From the NCBI RefSeq assembly GCF_020745735.1, contig NC_083409.1, positions 15,905,873 to 15,969,872 on the forward strand: 64,000 nt of DNA. Direction: 5' to 3'. Below, piece by piece: positions 48,101-62,282 of this stretch. The position numbers and the translations under genes were made by a program. This DNA comes from Hemiscyllium ocellatum. Taxonomy: Eukaryota. The notes under the pieces were generated by a model. That model did no database searches, was not told the origin of the DNA, and was given only the letters and a program-made list of their open reading frames with translations. Positions within the stretch are counted from its first letter, which is position 1. Every line of letters starts with the position of its first letter.

Positions 48101-48853
48101 ATACACTTAATGGTCAGGTTCTCGGGAGTGTTGCTGAACAAAGAGACCTTGGAGTGCAGGTTCATATCTCTTTGAATGTAGAGTCGTAGGTAGGTAGGAT
48201 AATGAAGACGACATTTGGTATGCTTTACTTTATTGATTAGAGAATTGAGTATGGGTGTTGGGAGGTCACCTAAACCACTTTTGGAGTATTGTGTTCAATT
48301 CTGATCTCCTTCCTATCAGAAAGATGTTGTGAAACTAGAAAGGGTTCAGAAAAGATTTACAAGGATGTTACTAGGGTTGGAGGATTTAAGCTATACGGAG
48401 AAGTTAAATAGACTAGGGATGTTTTCCCTTGAGTGAGGTGTGACCTTACAGAGGTCCCTGCTGAGGGGTGACCTTACAGAGGTTTACAAAATCATGAGGG
48501 ACATGGATTGGGCAAAGAGACCAAGTCTTTTCCCTGAGCTGGTGGAGTCCAGTAATAGAGGGCATGGGTTTAGGGTAAGAGGGGAAAGATATAAAAGAGA
48601 CTTGAGAAGCAACTTTTTCACGCACAGAGTGGTGCAAGTGCAGAATGGGGCTGCCAGAGGAAGTGGTAGAGGCTGGTACAATTACAACATTTAAAAGGCA
48701 TCTGAATGGGTATATCAATAGGAAGGGTTTGGAGGGATCTGGGCCAGGTGTTGGCAGGTGGGACTAGATTGGGTTGGGATGTCTGGTTGGCATGGACAAG
48801 TTGGACCTTAGGGTCTGTTTCCATGCTGTACATCTCTATGACTCTATGACTCT
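45135..48853 (+). mobile_element. Decayed near-full-length CR1-type LINE
   Basis: ORF1 esterase remnant, APE, RT (GKSCLTNLIEFFEEVT, DFSKTFNKVPH, KFANDTKIGG) and a (CTATGACT)n tail. Confidence 0.85.
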
Positions 48854-48927
48854 AGAAGGAGGCTGTTCAGCCCCTTGTGTCAGTACTAGCTGTTTACTAA
48901 CCTCACTCACAATGAACATCTCCATTG

Positions 48928-49470
48928 AATTCTGGATGAGTGGTGCTGGAAGAGCACAGCCATTCAGCCAGCATCCGAGGAGCAGCGAAATCGATGTTTC
49001 GGGCATAAGCCCTTCATCAGGAATAAAGGCAGTGAGCCTGTAGTGTGGAGAGATAAGCTAGAGGAGGGTGGGGGTGGGGAGAAAGTAGCATAGAGTACAA
49101 GCAAATGTGTCTGTGGTAGCGAGTTTGTTTCATGAAATGTTTGAAGAGCTTCAGGGCAGAGGAAATGACCTGGGAGTTGCAGTGGGAGAGGGACTCCCTG
49201 AGATTATTGTAGAGAGAAGCTCTTCAACCATGTCATGAAACAAACTCGCTCCCACAGCCACATTTGCCTGTACTCTATGCTACTTTCTCCCCACCCCCAC
49301 CCTCCTCTAGCTTATCTCTCCACACTTCAGGCTCACTGCCTTTATTCCTGATGAAGGGCTTTAGCCCGAAACGTCGATTTCGCTGCTCCTCGGATGCCGC
49401 CTGAACTGCTGTGCTCTTCCAGCACCATTAATCCAGAATCTGGTTTCCTGCATCTGCAGACATTGTTTTT
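48928..49470. mobile_element. Large Penelope-derived hairpin: ~225-bp inverted arms, each with a hammerhead motif
   Basis: Arms about 48928-49151 and 49216-49440. Plus core CTGATGA-A-GGGC-TTTA-GCCC-GAAAC-GTC at 49348-49375; minus core at about 48991-49020 (ATC triplet). Confidence 0.82.
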
Positions 49471-50269
49471 ATCTCTGTTGAATGTCTATTGTTGGGAAGT
49501 AATTAAATCTGTTTAGAGACAGAATGTCCGACAAATGTGAACAGATCAGAGTAAGTCAGCATGGATTAAAAAGGGTCAGACTTCTTTAACTAACCTGGTT
49601 ACATGTTTTAACGAGGTCACTAATGTGTGAGATAAGGGAATGTGTTGTTTATATGGACGTCCAGATGACATTCAAGGAAGTTCCACACAAGTGTTATAAT
49701 GTTATAGTTGGAACAAAGAGATGACAGATAAACATATTCTGGATCTTTCTGCACAAATGAATTCTCAAATAAATCTCAGACATGTTGGTGAACTTGGGGT
49801 TTTATCAGAGGAAGGAGCTGAAGGAAGTCAGTTGTTGGAGAAAAATGGTTCTGGGAAAATTAGAATGTCTTAAATCAGGAGGGCCAAATAATCTATTTTC
49901 AGGAGTGCTTCAGGAAGTGGTTGTAAAATATGAGAAACATTGATGGTTATCTGTTTGTCGACTGTGGAATAGGTCCTACAAAATGGAGGGAGTTAATTTA
50001 ACACGCCTATTGAAAGAGAGAGAGAGAGAGGGAAAATAAGAAATTTTAGACCAATTAGCCAGAAGTCAGCAGTGGAGAAAATGCTTAAGTTCATTATAAA
50101 ATATTTTATAGCTTAGCACTTTGAAAACAGTGGCAGAACTGGACAGAGTCGGCATGAATTGTCGAAAGGGAAATCATGCTTAAAAAATCGACTGGAATTG
50201 TTTGAGGATATAGTGAGTGGATTTGATAAGGGGGGGCCCATGGATATGGTTTGTTTGGACTTTGTAAGG

Positions 50270-53200
50270 GGAATAGATCGGCGGTTCTGTGGTCAAAAAC
50301 AAGACTCACGAATAGCATGTTGCCTCCCAGTTGTACGACTCAGGCATGTCTCAGATCGGCTGCAGGACATTCTGAAGGGGTGGGTGAACAGCTAGCTGTG
50401 ATGGTGCATGAAGGGACTGATGATATCGTAATAAATGGAATGGGGTCCTACAAGCAGAATTTATGGAGTGAGGAACCATATTAAAATGTAGGATCTCAGA
50501 GGTAGTAATCTCAGGATTGCTCCCAGTGCCATGTGCTAGTCAGAGTCGAAATGAAAATATAGGCAGGATGAATGTGTGGCTTGAGAGATGGTGCAGGAGG
50601 GAGGGGTTCAGGTTTTTGGGACATTGGGACTGGTTCCTGGGGAGGTGGGACAATTACAAATCGAGTGGTCTACACCTGGGCAGGACTGGAACCAGTGTCC
50701 TGAGGGATGTGTTTGATCACACTCTTGGGGAGGGTTCAAAATAGTGTAGCAGAGGGATGGGAACCAAATGAGGAGGTTAGTGGGCAATAAGGAGGGAGTA
50801 ACTAAAGCCTGTCAGGAACTAGATATTGAAGTCAGCGTGACTAAGGTTAAGAGTAGGTAGGGAGCAGATGATGAACGCAAAGGGACAGATGGTCTGAGAT
50901 GCATTTGTTTTAATGTGAGAAGTGTAGTAGGTAAGGCAGAGGAATTTAGGGCTTGGACTAGTATCTGGGAGTATGATGTTATTGCTATTACTGAGACGTG
51001 GTTGAGGGAATGGCAAGATTGTTAACTAAATATCCCAGGATACAGATGTATCAGATGCGTTCGAGAGGGAAGTAAAAGGGATGGAGGAGTTGCATTACTG
51101 GTCAGAGTGGATATCACAGGTGTGGTGAAGGAGGGCACTATGGAGGACTCGAGCAGTGGGGCAATATGGGCAGAGGTCAGAAACAGGAAGGGTGCAGTAA
51201 CAATGTTGGTGCTATCCTACAAGCCTCCTAACAGTGAACGTGAGATAGAGGTACAAATATGTAAACAGATTATGGAAAGATGTAGGAGTAACAAGGTGGT
51301 GGGTGATGGAAGATTTTAATTTTCCCAACATTGACTGGGATTCACTTCATGTTAGAAGTTAAAATGGAGCAGAATTTGTAAGGAGCATCCAGGAGGATTT
51401 CACAGAGTAATGTGGAAATAGTCTAACTTAGGAAGGGGCCATACTGGGCTGGTGTTGGGGAATGAGCCCGGCCAGGTGATTGAAATTTCAGTCGGGGATT
51501 ACTTTGGAAGAGTGATCACAATTCCATACGTTTTAGAATGCTCATGGACAAAGATGAGAGTGGTCCTAAAGGAAGAGGGCTAAAGTGGAGGAAGGCCAAC
51601 TATCCCAAAATTTGGAAGGAGCTGGGGAATGTGGATTGGGAGCAGCTGTTTAAAGGGAAATCCACATTTGATATGTGGGTGGCTTTTAAAGAGAGGTTGA
51701 CTAGAGTCAGGACAGACATGTCCCTGTGAAAATAAAGGATTGAAATGGCAGAATTAGGGAACGCTGGATGACAGATGAATTTGTGAGATTAGCTAAGAGG
51801 AAAAAGGATGCATACATAAGGTCTAAGTGGCTGAAAACAGACAAAGCTTTGGAAGAATATCGTGAAAGTAGGACCAATCTGAAGTGAGGAATTAAAAGGG
51901 CTAAAGGGGTCACAAAATATCATGAAGGAAAATCCCAAATCCTTTTATTCATACATAAGGAGCAAGTGGGTGACTAGAGAAAGGGCTGGCCCACTCAAGG
52001 ACAAAGGAGGAAAGATATGTGTGGAGTCAGAAAATGGATGAGATTCTTAATGAGTGCTTTATGTCGGTATTCACCAAGGAGAGGGAAATGACAGATGTTG
52101 AAGTTGGGGATAGGTGTTTGATTACTCGAGGGCAAGTCGATTTAAGTAGGGAGGAAGTGTTGGGTATTTTAAAAGGCATCAAGGTGGACAAGTCCCCAGG
52201 TCAGGATGGGATCGATCCCAGCTTACTGAGGGAAGCAAGAGAGGAAATAGCTGGGGCCTTAATCGATATCTTTGTAGCAACCCTGAACATGGATGAGGGT
52301 CCCAGAGGACTGGAGAATTGCTAACGTTTAAGAAGGGTAGCCAGGATAATCCAGGTAACTATCACCCAGTGAGCCTGATGTAGTGGTAGGGAAGCTGCTG
52401 GAGAAGATACTGAGGGATAAGATCTATTTACTTTTGGAAGAAAATTGACTTATCAGTTATAGGCAGCATGAAGTTGTGCAGGGAATGTCGTGTCTTACCA
52501 ACTTTGTAGATTTTTTTGAAGAACTGATGAAGTTGATTGAGGAGGGATGGGCTGTGGATGTCATACGCATGGACTTCAGTAAGGTGTTTGATAAAGTTCC
52601 CCATGCTAGCCTGATAAAGAAATTTAAGTCGCATGGGGTCCAGAGTGTACTCACTAGATGGGTAGTGAACAGGTTGGGCAACAGAAGACAGACAGTAGTG
52701 GTGGGAGTACTTTCTCAAAATGGAGAACAGGAATCCGTGCTGGTACCGCTCTTGTTTTTGATCTACATAAATGATCTGGAGGAAGGTATAGGTGGTCTGA
52801 TTAGCAAGTTTGCAGATGACACTAAGATTGGTGGAGTAGCAGATAGTGAAGGGGACTGTCAGAGAATGCAGCAGAATATAGATAGATTGGAGAGTTGGGC
52901 AGAGAAACGGATGGATGGAGTTCAAGCCAGGCAAATGCAGTCTGATGAATTTTGGAAGATCCAAATCTGGAGTAAACTGTACGGTGAATGGAACACCCTG
53001 GGAAAATTGATGCCCAGAGCGACCTGGGTGTTCAGGTCCATTGTACCCTGGAGGTGACAACACAGGTCGACAGAGTGGTCAAGAAGGCATATGGCACATC
53101 TTCCTTCACCAGACGTGGTATTCAGTACAAGAGTTGGAAGGTCATATTAGAATTATATCAGACTTTGGCTTGGCCACATTTGGAATACTGCGTACAGTTC

Positions 53201-53730
53201 TGGTTGCCACATTACCAGAAAGATGTGGATGCTTTGGAGAGGGTGTAGAGGAGGTTCACCAGGATTGCCTGGTATGGAGGGCACTAGCTATGAAGAGAGG
53301 CTTAGTAGATTAGGATTATTTTCATTAGAAAGTCAAATGTTGAGGGGGGACCAGATTGGGGTCTACAAAATCATGAGAGATATAGACAGGGTGGATAGCA
53401 AGAAGCTTTTTCCCAGAGTGGGGGACTCAATTACTCGGGGGTCATGAGTTCAAGGTGAGAGTGGAAATATTTAAGGGAGATATGTATGGAAAGTTCTTCA
53501 CACAGAGAGTGATTGGTCCTGGAACACGTTGCCAGTGGAGGTGGTAGAGGCAGGCACAATAGCATCATTTAAGATATATCTAGATAGATACATGGATGGG
53601 CAGGGAGCAAAGGGAGACAGACCCTTGGAAAATTGATGACAGGTTTAGATGGAGGATATGGACCAGTGCAGGCTAGTAGGGCCGAAGGGCCAGTTCTTGT
53701 GCTGTAATTTTCGTTGCTCTTTGTTCTTTG
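50270..53730 (+). mobile_element. Decayed near-full-length CR1-type LINE
   Basis: Esterase remnant, APE, RT (SCLTNFVDFFEE, DFSKVFDKVPH, YINDL...KFADDTKIGG) and 3' tail. Confidence 0.85.
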
Positions 53731-56564
53731 AACTGAGGAAGCTCAAAGGAACAGAGTGATCTTGGGGTGCTTCTCCACTGATCCCTGAATATGGCAAGAC
53801 AGGTTAACAGAGCAGTTATGAAGGCATAGGGGACACTTGCCTTTGTCATGTCAGGTGTTGGTTATAAAAGCAGGAGGATATGGTGCAGTTAAGCAGAACA
53901 TTGGTTAGGCCACAGCTGGAGTACTGTGTGCAGTTCAGGTCACCACACTGTAGGAAGGAGGTGATTGCACTGGATGGGGTGCAGAGGGGAATCACCAGGA
54001 TGTTGTGTGGGATGGAACCTCTCAGTGATGAAGAGAAATTGGATCAGCTCGGGTTGTTTTCTTCAGAGCAGAGAAGGTGGAGGGGGGACCTGATAGAGGT
54101 GTATAAGGTTATGAGGGGAATTGGCAGGGAGGAGAGAAAGCAGCTGTTCTCCTTTTTGGGAGGGTCAATAACAAGTTGACTCACATTCAATGTGAAAGCT
54201 AGGAGGCTTCAAGATGTTTTAAGGAAAATGTTTTTCATCCAGAGGTTGGTGTGCATCTGGAATGCACAGCCAGAGAGGGGAGTTGAGGTGGGAAACCTCA
54301 CAAAGTTTAAAATGTACTTGGGTGAGCAGTTGAAATGTCATAACATTCAAGCTGTGGGCCTCATGTTGGAAAGTGGGACTGGTGTAGGTTTAGTGTAGTT
54401 TGGCTGGTACACAGTTAATGGGCTGAAGGGCCTCCTCTGTACTGTGTGATTTCATGATTCTGTCGTGGGTAGTTTCAGGCTCCTTAATTGAGGAAGGATG
54501 TTTTGGCTGTGGAGGGAGAGCAGTGAAGGTTTACCAGACTGATTCCTGGGAGGACAGCACTTAGATCTGATGAGAAACTGGATCAGTTAGGATTATATTC
54601 ATTGGCACTTAGAAGATTGAAAGGAATCATATTGTAACCTTGAAAATCCGAACAGGACAAGACTAGAACAACACAGGGAGGATGTTCCTGATGACTGGGG
54701 AATCCAGAACTACGAATTATGGTTTAAAGAAAAGGGAAAGGTTATTTCAGACTGAGCTGAGGAGACATTTCTTTTGCCAGAGACTGGGAAGCTAGTGGAA
54801 TATTCTGTCACAGAAAGCAGTTGAGCCCAAAACATTCAATATTTTCAAGAGAGGATAAGTGTATTCTTAGGACTAAAGGGGTTAAATTTTATGGAGAAAA
54901 AATGGGAGCAGGGGACTAAGTTGGATGATTAGCCATGGTCATATTGAATGGCAGAGCCAACTTGAAGGGCTGAATGGTTTCCTCTTGCTCCTAGTTCCTT
55001 TGTTTCTATGTTTGAGAGACTGTTCATAAACATGGAAACATATGGAATTATAGAGTCTTAGAGCCATCGAGTCCTACAGCACAGAGACAGGCCCTTTGGC
55101 CCAAACTGGACCGTGCTGACCAAAATGTCCATCCATGCTAACCCCATTTCCCTGCACTTGGCCCATATCCTTCAAATGTTTTCCTATCTATGTATTTGTC
55201 CAAATGTCTTTTAAATATTGTTAATGTATCCACCTCAATCACTTCAGCTGGCATCTCATTCCACATGCGTGCCACCCTCTGTGTAAAAATGTTGCCCCTC
55301 AGGTTCCCTTTTATTCATTCCTCTCTAACACTAAACTGATGCCCTCTCATCCTCGTTTCCCCAACCCTCTCCATGTCTCTCATGATCTTATACACTTCTA
55401 AATGTTCCCACCAGTCTCCTACGCTCTCAGAAAAAAGTCCTAACTTGGCTAACTTCCCCCTATAACTCAGATTGTTGAGTCCAGGCAACATCCTTGCCAA
55501 TTTCTTCTGTGCTCTTTCTGGTTTAGTAATATCCTTCCTATAACAAGGTGACCAAACTGAATACAATATTCCAAGTGCGACCTCACTGACATCCTGTACA
55601 GGATTAGAGATTAGATTCCCTCCAGTGTGGAAACAGGTCTTCGGCCCAACCAATCCACACTGACCCTCTGAAGAGTAACCCATTTAGAGACATTTCCCTC
55701 TGACTAATGTACCTAAGACTATGGCCAATTTAACATGTCCAATTCACCTGACCTGCACATCAAACTTACTAATCATGCCTTACAGGTTCTCATCCAAACC
55801 ATTAATATTGATAACAAACAGTAATGGGGCCAGCACTGAGCCCTGAGGCACTCCACTCAACACAGGCCTCCAGTCTGACAAGCATCCTTCCAATATTACC
55901 TCTGCTTCCTATCATCAAGACAGTGACAGAAAAGTATTTGTCTTTGGTGAGGAATTAGTTTGGAGGTAGGAGACAGAGAAGAGGGATAATGTGCGTGCTC
56001 TCTAATGAACAAGATGTGAATAGTGGTGTCCCCAGGGATTTGTGCAGGGGCCTCAGTATTTCACGATATTTCTCAATGACTTGGATGAAGGAATAGAGAG
56101 CCAATTATCCAAGATTGCTGACCACACGGAGTGAGGCAGCTTGGAGGAGGTTACAGAGATAGGGAGAGTGGAGGGCAGAGAGGGATTTGAGAACAAGGAT
56201 GAGAATTTGAAAATCGAGGTGTTGCTTGACCAGGAGCCAATATAGGCACGGGGTGCAGGGGGTTGTGGGAACGGGACTTGGTGCAAGTTTGGATACGGGC
56301 TGCAGAATTTTGGATGAGCTGAAGGATACGGAGGGCAGTGGCTGTGATGTGCATCAGCCATTGGAATGGTCATGTTTGGAGCCCCATAAACATGGCTGAG
56401 ATTTTCAGTGGCTGATCTTTGTGATATGAAAGATATGGGGCTTAGATCATTCTCAAACATGAGACCCAGTTTGTAAAGAGTCTGGTTGAGCAGCAGATAG
56501 TGCTCAGGGAGAGGGATGGAGTTTATACCAGGATCTGAAGAGGATGGCTTTGACCTTCCCAATA

Positions 56565-56828
56565 TGTTTCACAGTGAGCCTGGCACCTCAGTCCTGACTG
56601 CTCTTAGCTGCTGTGAATGTCACTGATTAGACACTTATTATTAGAGATTCTGACCACAGCAGAAAGCCCCAGTGTAAAAAATAACTGCAAAGACTGTCAG
56701 ATCGCAAGGTTGAAACTTCACAAAAAGAGGAAGTGAAAGAAGGAGCTCGGAGCAGCTGGGTGTTTGTTACTGAGACGGGAGAAAACTGTGAACCATCTTC
56801 ACTCCCTGGAATCTGACAGCACAGGAGG
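56565..56828 (+). promoter_or_regulatory. Candidate B-cell enhancer copy 2 (EICE + E-box + Runx)
   Basis: AAAAAGAGGAAGTGAAAG (core 56727-56738), CAGCTG 56753-56758, ACCACA 56653-56658. Confidence 0.6.
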
Positions 56829-58828
56829 CTGGTTCTAGGATTTATTTTTTGCAGAAACAGCACAGTTTTGGAAAAGGTGTCAGTCACTCTCTCACAAACA
56901 CACACGCCTGCACTCGGAGATCAGAAACAGAATCCAGCAGCTGCTCTGTCTCCAAGCTGTGAAACCTGCACAGAATTGTTCCCTCATTCAGTTTATAACT
57001 GGCAGGATAGACCAAGCAGGGGAGGCAACACAGTGGTGTGTACAGTCAGAAGGGAGTTGCCCTGGGAGTCCTCACCATTAACTATGGAACCCATGAAGCC
57101 TCATGACAGCAGGTCAAACATGGGGAAGGAAACCTCCTGCTGATTACCACATAGCACCGCCCTCCGCTCCAACCTCAACTGAGCAGTCAGTCCTCCTCCA
57201 TGTTGAACAACACTTGGTGGGAGCACTGAGGGAGGGAATGATGCAGGATATACCCTGAGTAAGGGACTTCAAAGCCCACCATCAAGAGCTGCTCAGAAGC
57301 ATCACTACTGAGCAAGCTGGTCACGCTCCACCTGATTCAGATGCTAGACTGGACCTGGGGCAGGTGGTGAGGGAACCAACAAGAGGGAAAAACATACTCA
57401 CTATCACCCTCACCAACCTGCCTGCTGTTGGTGTATCTGTCCATGACAGTATCAGTAAGAGTGACCACCGCACAGTCCGTGTGGAGACAAAATCCTGTCT
57501 TCCCTTTGAGATTATCTTACATTCTGTTGGGCAAGAGATATGGAATGTCAGAAAGAACTTTGATTTTAGCAGAAATTGGCAAAGTCTTGGAAATTAGTGC
57601 CCATTCAGGTGAGACAGGTGAAGACACTCAGTGATTGCAATGGCAGATTGGATGGGCTCTTGATGGAAATAAACCTGCAAGGCTCTGGGGGTCGAGTAGG
57701 GGAGGGGGTGGGACTGACTGGATTGCTCCATGAAATGACAGCATTTCCCTGACAGGCTGAATGTTCTCCCCCTGTGCTGGAAATAGGTCTCACTCAATGA
57801 GGGATTCACAATTAGAGAGTTTGGATGCAGTAAATACAGGACAAATTGTTTCTCCAGGCAGGAGGGTCAGTAACCAGAGGGCACACATTTCAGAAAGATT
57901 CGAAAGCACAAGAGAGAAGATAGGAACATTTTTTATCCAGCGAGTTCATAATGACTGTCTGCAAGGTGAGTGGAAGTGGATTCAACAGCAACTTTCAAAA
58001 GGGCATTTGGAGAAATAGCTGAAAAGGAAATAATTGCAGGGTTATACAGGAAGGGCTGGAGAAATGGGAACTCATTGGACTCATTTGACTAACAGTCACA
58101 ATCAGCCCAGTGACCTCTGTCTGTGCTGTTTTAGAGCTTACACACACTTAGACTCACCTTTACACAAAGACTGGGAGAAACAGACAACCCAGTTTACAGA
58201 AGAGTGTTTTCTCAAGGAAACTCTCTTGAACCAACTCAAGGAACAGACCAGACTAGATTTACTGATGAGGAAGAATTCAGCAAATCAATGGCAAGGGAAC
58301 AGTGAACCAAAGTGATGGGATTGAACAGTATATTCAATAGCACAACCATTGAGAGGGGGAGGGATCAAGGGCAGGAGGTCAGAGAGCATGCTGTAGGGGT
58401 CTGAATGCTCTGCTGTCAATGGTGGGTTGGAGCAAGTAGCAATGGGCAGGAGACCAGAGACAGAAGATGAAAGGGGGAGGGAGGGAATGTGAGTCTGCAG
58501 CAGGACACAGATGGAGGGACGGGGGAGGCCATGGAGGCAATTGGCTAGCAGTGAGGTCAGGGGTCATTCTGGAATGACAGATGGATAAGACAGGGAAGGG
58601 CCCACTCCATATCAGACAAGTTGGAGTTTATGGAATATGGCTTTAGGAAGCTGGGACAGGACATTGGAATCATAGATTTAGGGGGCAGGACGAGCAGGAA
58701 TTAGGGTTTCTGTGGTCAAGGGGCTGAAGTAGTGCAGAGACAATGTTGTTGAGATTGAAATAAGAGGCATACATGATGGAGAGGATGTGGGGTTTGCAGC
58801 TCAGGTGCTGGACAGTCCTGAGGGAAGG

Positions 58829-60425
58829 AGGACCATGTTTACTAGTCTCTTCTGGAGCATCCAATGGGAAGGAGGTCCCTGTTTATTGGTGTCTATTGGA
58901 GGTTCCAGTGGAAAGAGGTCCATGTTTACTGGTTCTATGGGAAAGTGTCCCATGTATATATCACCAAAGAGTCATAGAGGTTTACAGCATGGGATCAGGC
59001 CGTTCAGCTCAACTCATCCATGCCGACCAAGTATCCAAAACTGAACTAGTCCCATTTGCATGTGTTTGGCCCAATTCTCTCTAATCTTTCCTATCCATGT
59101 TCCTGTAAAAATGTCCTTGAAATGTAGTAATTGTACTCACCTCTACGAATTCTTCTGTCAGCTCATTACACATACACACTAACCTCTGTGTGAAAATGTT
59201 GCCCTCAGTTTCCTACTAAATCTTTCCCCTCTCAACTTAAACCTACTCCTTCTAGTACTGGACTCTCCTACCCTGGGGAAAAGACTTTGACTATTCACCT
59301 TATCTATGACCCTCCTAATTCCACAACCTCTATAAGGTCACCCCTCAATCTCCTGCATTCCCTGGAAAAACATCTTGGCCTATTCATCCTCATCTTGTAA
59401 TTCAAATCCTCCAATCTTGATAACATCCCTGTTAATCTTTCTTTTATTCAAACCACTGTCATAACTTCCTTCCTATAGCAGGGTAAGCAGAAATGTACTG
59501 TGTCCAAATGTGGCCTTCCCAATGCCTTGTACAGCTGTAACATGATGTCCCAGCTCCTGTACTCCCTGCTTTGACCAGTGAAGATGGCGTGCCAAATACC
59601 TTCTTCACCATCCTGTCTACCTGTGACACCACTTCCAAGGAACTATGTACCTGTACCCCTCAGACTCTCTGTTCAACAACACTCCCCATGGCTCTACCAT
59701 TAATTGTGTAATTTCTGCCCTGATTTGTCTTACCAAAATGCAACTCCTTCCATTTATCAAAATTTCCATCTGGATTTGTTGACCCACTGGCCCAGTTGAT
59801 GAAGATGACATTGCACTCTTGGATAACCTTCTTCCCTGTCCACTATGCCAACAATTTTAACATCAGCCACAAACTTACTGACCATTCCTGCTATTTTCTC
59901 ATCCAAATTGTTCACATAAATGATGAACAACAGTGGATCCATGATCGATTCTTGCGACAGACAGTTGGTCACTGGCCTCCAGTCTGAAGAACAACCCTCT
60001 CTCACCAGCCTCAGCCTCCTATCATCAGGCCAATTTCATATCCAATTGGTGAGCTGTCCCTGGATCCTATGTGATATAATCTTACTGAGCAGTCTACCAT
60101 AGGGAACCTTGTATTAACTCCATGTAGACAGAGTGTACTACTCTATCTTTACCTATCTTCTTGCTTCCTTCTTCAAAAACTCAACCATCTACTCATCTCC
60201 ATTGGAAGTTCCAGTGATTAGGAGGCCCATATTTACTGGTCTGTCTTGGAGGTTCCAGCAGGAAGGAGGTCCATGTTTACTGGTCTTTACTAGACGATCC
60301 AGTCCGAAAGAGGTACATGTTTACTGGTCTCCTTTGGAGAGTCCAGTCAGAAGGAGACCAATGTTTACTGGTCTCTAGTGGAGGCTCCTGCAGGAAGGAG
60401 GTCATGTTTACTGGACTCTGTAGGA
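58829..60425. repeat. ~43-bp minisatellite split in two (58829-58945; 60199-60425) by a minus-strand CR1 insertion (58965-60195)
   Basis: Unit about GGAGGTCCATGTTTACTGGTCTCT-TTGGAGGTTCCAGTGGAA on both sides of the LINE. Confidence 0.8.
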
Positions 60426-62282
60426 GAGTCCAGTGCATCATGGACTCCAAGGTGAGTGTGGGGTTCAGTTCCTTTCTGTTGTAACTGTATAATGGTTCAA
60501 CCCACATCCCAGTAAAACACCCTGACTCAGAGACTGATCATGGAAAGGGAAGGAGAGGGGTAGGAGAGGGGAAGGGATTGGAAAATGTTGTGAATGGACA
60601 GGCTGGATCAGGGGGTCAGATCTTGTGCTGTCCCTCCAGCTCACACTGATGGCCTGAGGATCTCCTCTCTCTGCTGGGCCTTCATGGAATGAGCTTTGTG
60701 TCCAAACCAGTCCCCAGTGAGAACAGGCCAACAGCACAGAACTGCCCTTCATTTGACAAGAATCTAGCCATCTTTCTGAGAGAGGCCAAATCCAGGTCAA
60801 TGTGGAAAATGGGGCCTTACTCCAGGAGAAAACATGCTTCTGGGGTCAAGGGTTAACATCCATGAGTGGGGCAGAGAGAGGGAGATTCATCCTGAATTCA
60901 ACTGCCACAACCTGGGACACTGTGAGAAAGAGAGAGAAGTGAGTCAGAGACAACGGGTGAGTGTGTGTGTGTGTGTGTGCGAGAGAGAGAGAGAAAGTGA
61001 GAGACATGAGTATGATTAAAAACAGAATGACAGAGAGGGAGGGAGAGGGAGAGAGACAGAGGGAGGTATGGAGAGGAGAGATAACAGAGGATCTAAATTG
61101 AAGCGAGAGAGGGAAGGAGTTATGGAGACAGTGAGAGATGGAAAAATAAAGATTATGAGATGGAGTGAGAAAGCATAAGTGAATTGGGGAGAGTGGCTAT
61201 GAGACAGAGTGAGAGACAGCGAGAACATGAAAGAGATTAATAGTAGGAGAGAGAGGGATAGAGAGAAAGAAGTGGCAGATGTGAGACAGAGAGGGAGAGA
61301 GGTGGATAGGTTCTGGTCACCACATTCTGAGAAGGATGTGATTGTACTTGAGAGGGTGCAGAGATTTACCAAGATGCTGCCTGGGATGGAGGGTCAGCTG
61401 TGGGGAAATCTTGGAAAGGTTGGGATTGTTTCCTTGGAGCAGTGAAGGCTGAGAGGGGACATGATAGAGGGGGATAAGATTATTTGGGGCAGTGATACCG
61501 TGGGTAAGAAGGCACTTTATATATCAGTAAAGGACTCAATAACCTGTGTCCCAGGTAACACAGACATGGACACATAGAAGCTCGGAACTGGAGTAGGCCT
61601 TTTGGCCCTTTGAGTCTGCTCTGTCATTCATTATGATCATGGCTGATCCTCTCTCTCAAAACCATATTCCTGCTTTCTCCCCATTCCCTTCATGCTGTTA
61701 AAATGCAAAACAATTATCTCTCTCTTTTTCTTGAATTTATTCAGTTCCTTGGGTTCCACAGTTGTCCTACCCTTTGAGTGAAGAAATGTTTCCTCATCTC
61801 AGTCCAAAATGGTCTACCCTGTATCCCCCTGAGACTGGGTCCCCTGATTCCAGACTTCCCAGCCAGGGGAAACCTCCTCCCTGCCCAGCCCTGTTAGAAT
61901 TTTATACATCTCAATCAGATTCTCTCTCATCCTTCTGAACTTGAGTGAGTCCAGGCCCAGTCAAATTGGAGTGAGAGGAGAATTGAGGAGAAATGTTTTC
62001 ACCCAGAAGGTGGTGGGAGTCTGGAACTCACTGCCTGAAAGGCTGGTTGAGTCACAAACTCTCGTGACATTGGAGCAGTGTTCAGATATTCCCTTGTGTT
62101 GCTGTAGCCTCCAGGGTGATGGGCCAAGAGCTGGAGAATGGGATTAGTGTCATTAGATCTTTGTTTACTCACACGGACACAATGGGCCAAATGGCCTCAT
62201 TCAATGTTGTTCACATCAATGATTCTCAGAGAGAGAGAGAGAGAGCGAGAGAGGGAGAGAGAGAAGAGGAAGTGTGAGGGGC

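Noticed and set aside
58829-60425. CRISPR-like regularly spaced repeats (also 5720-6095)
   Set aside because: Eukaryotic context, degenerate tandem units without unique spacers, and no cas genes: these are minisatellites.
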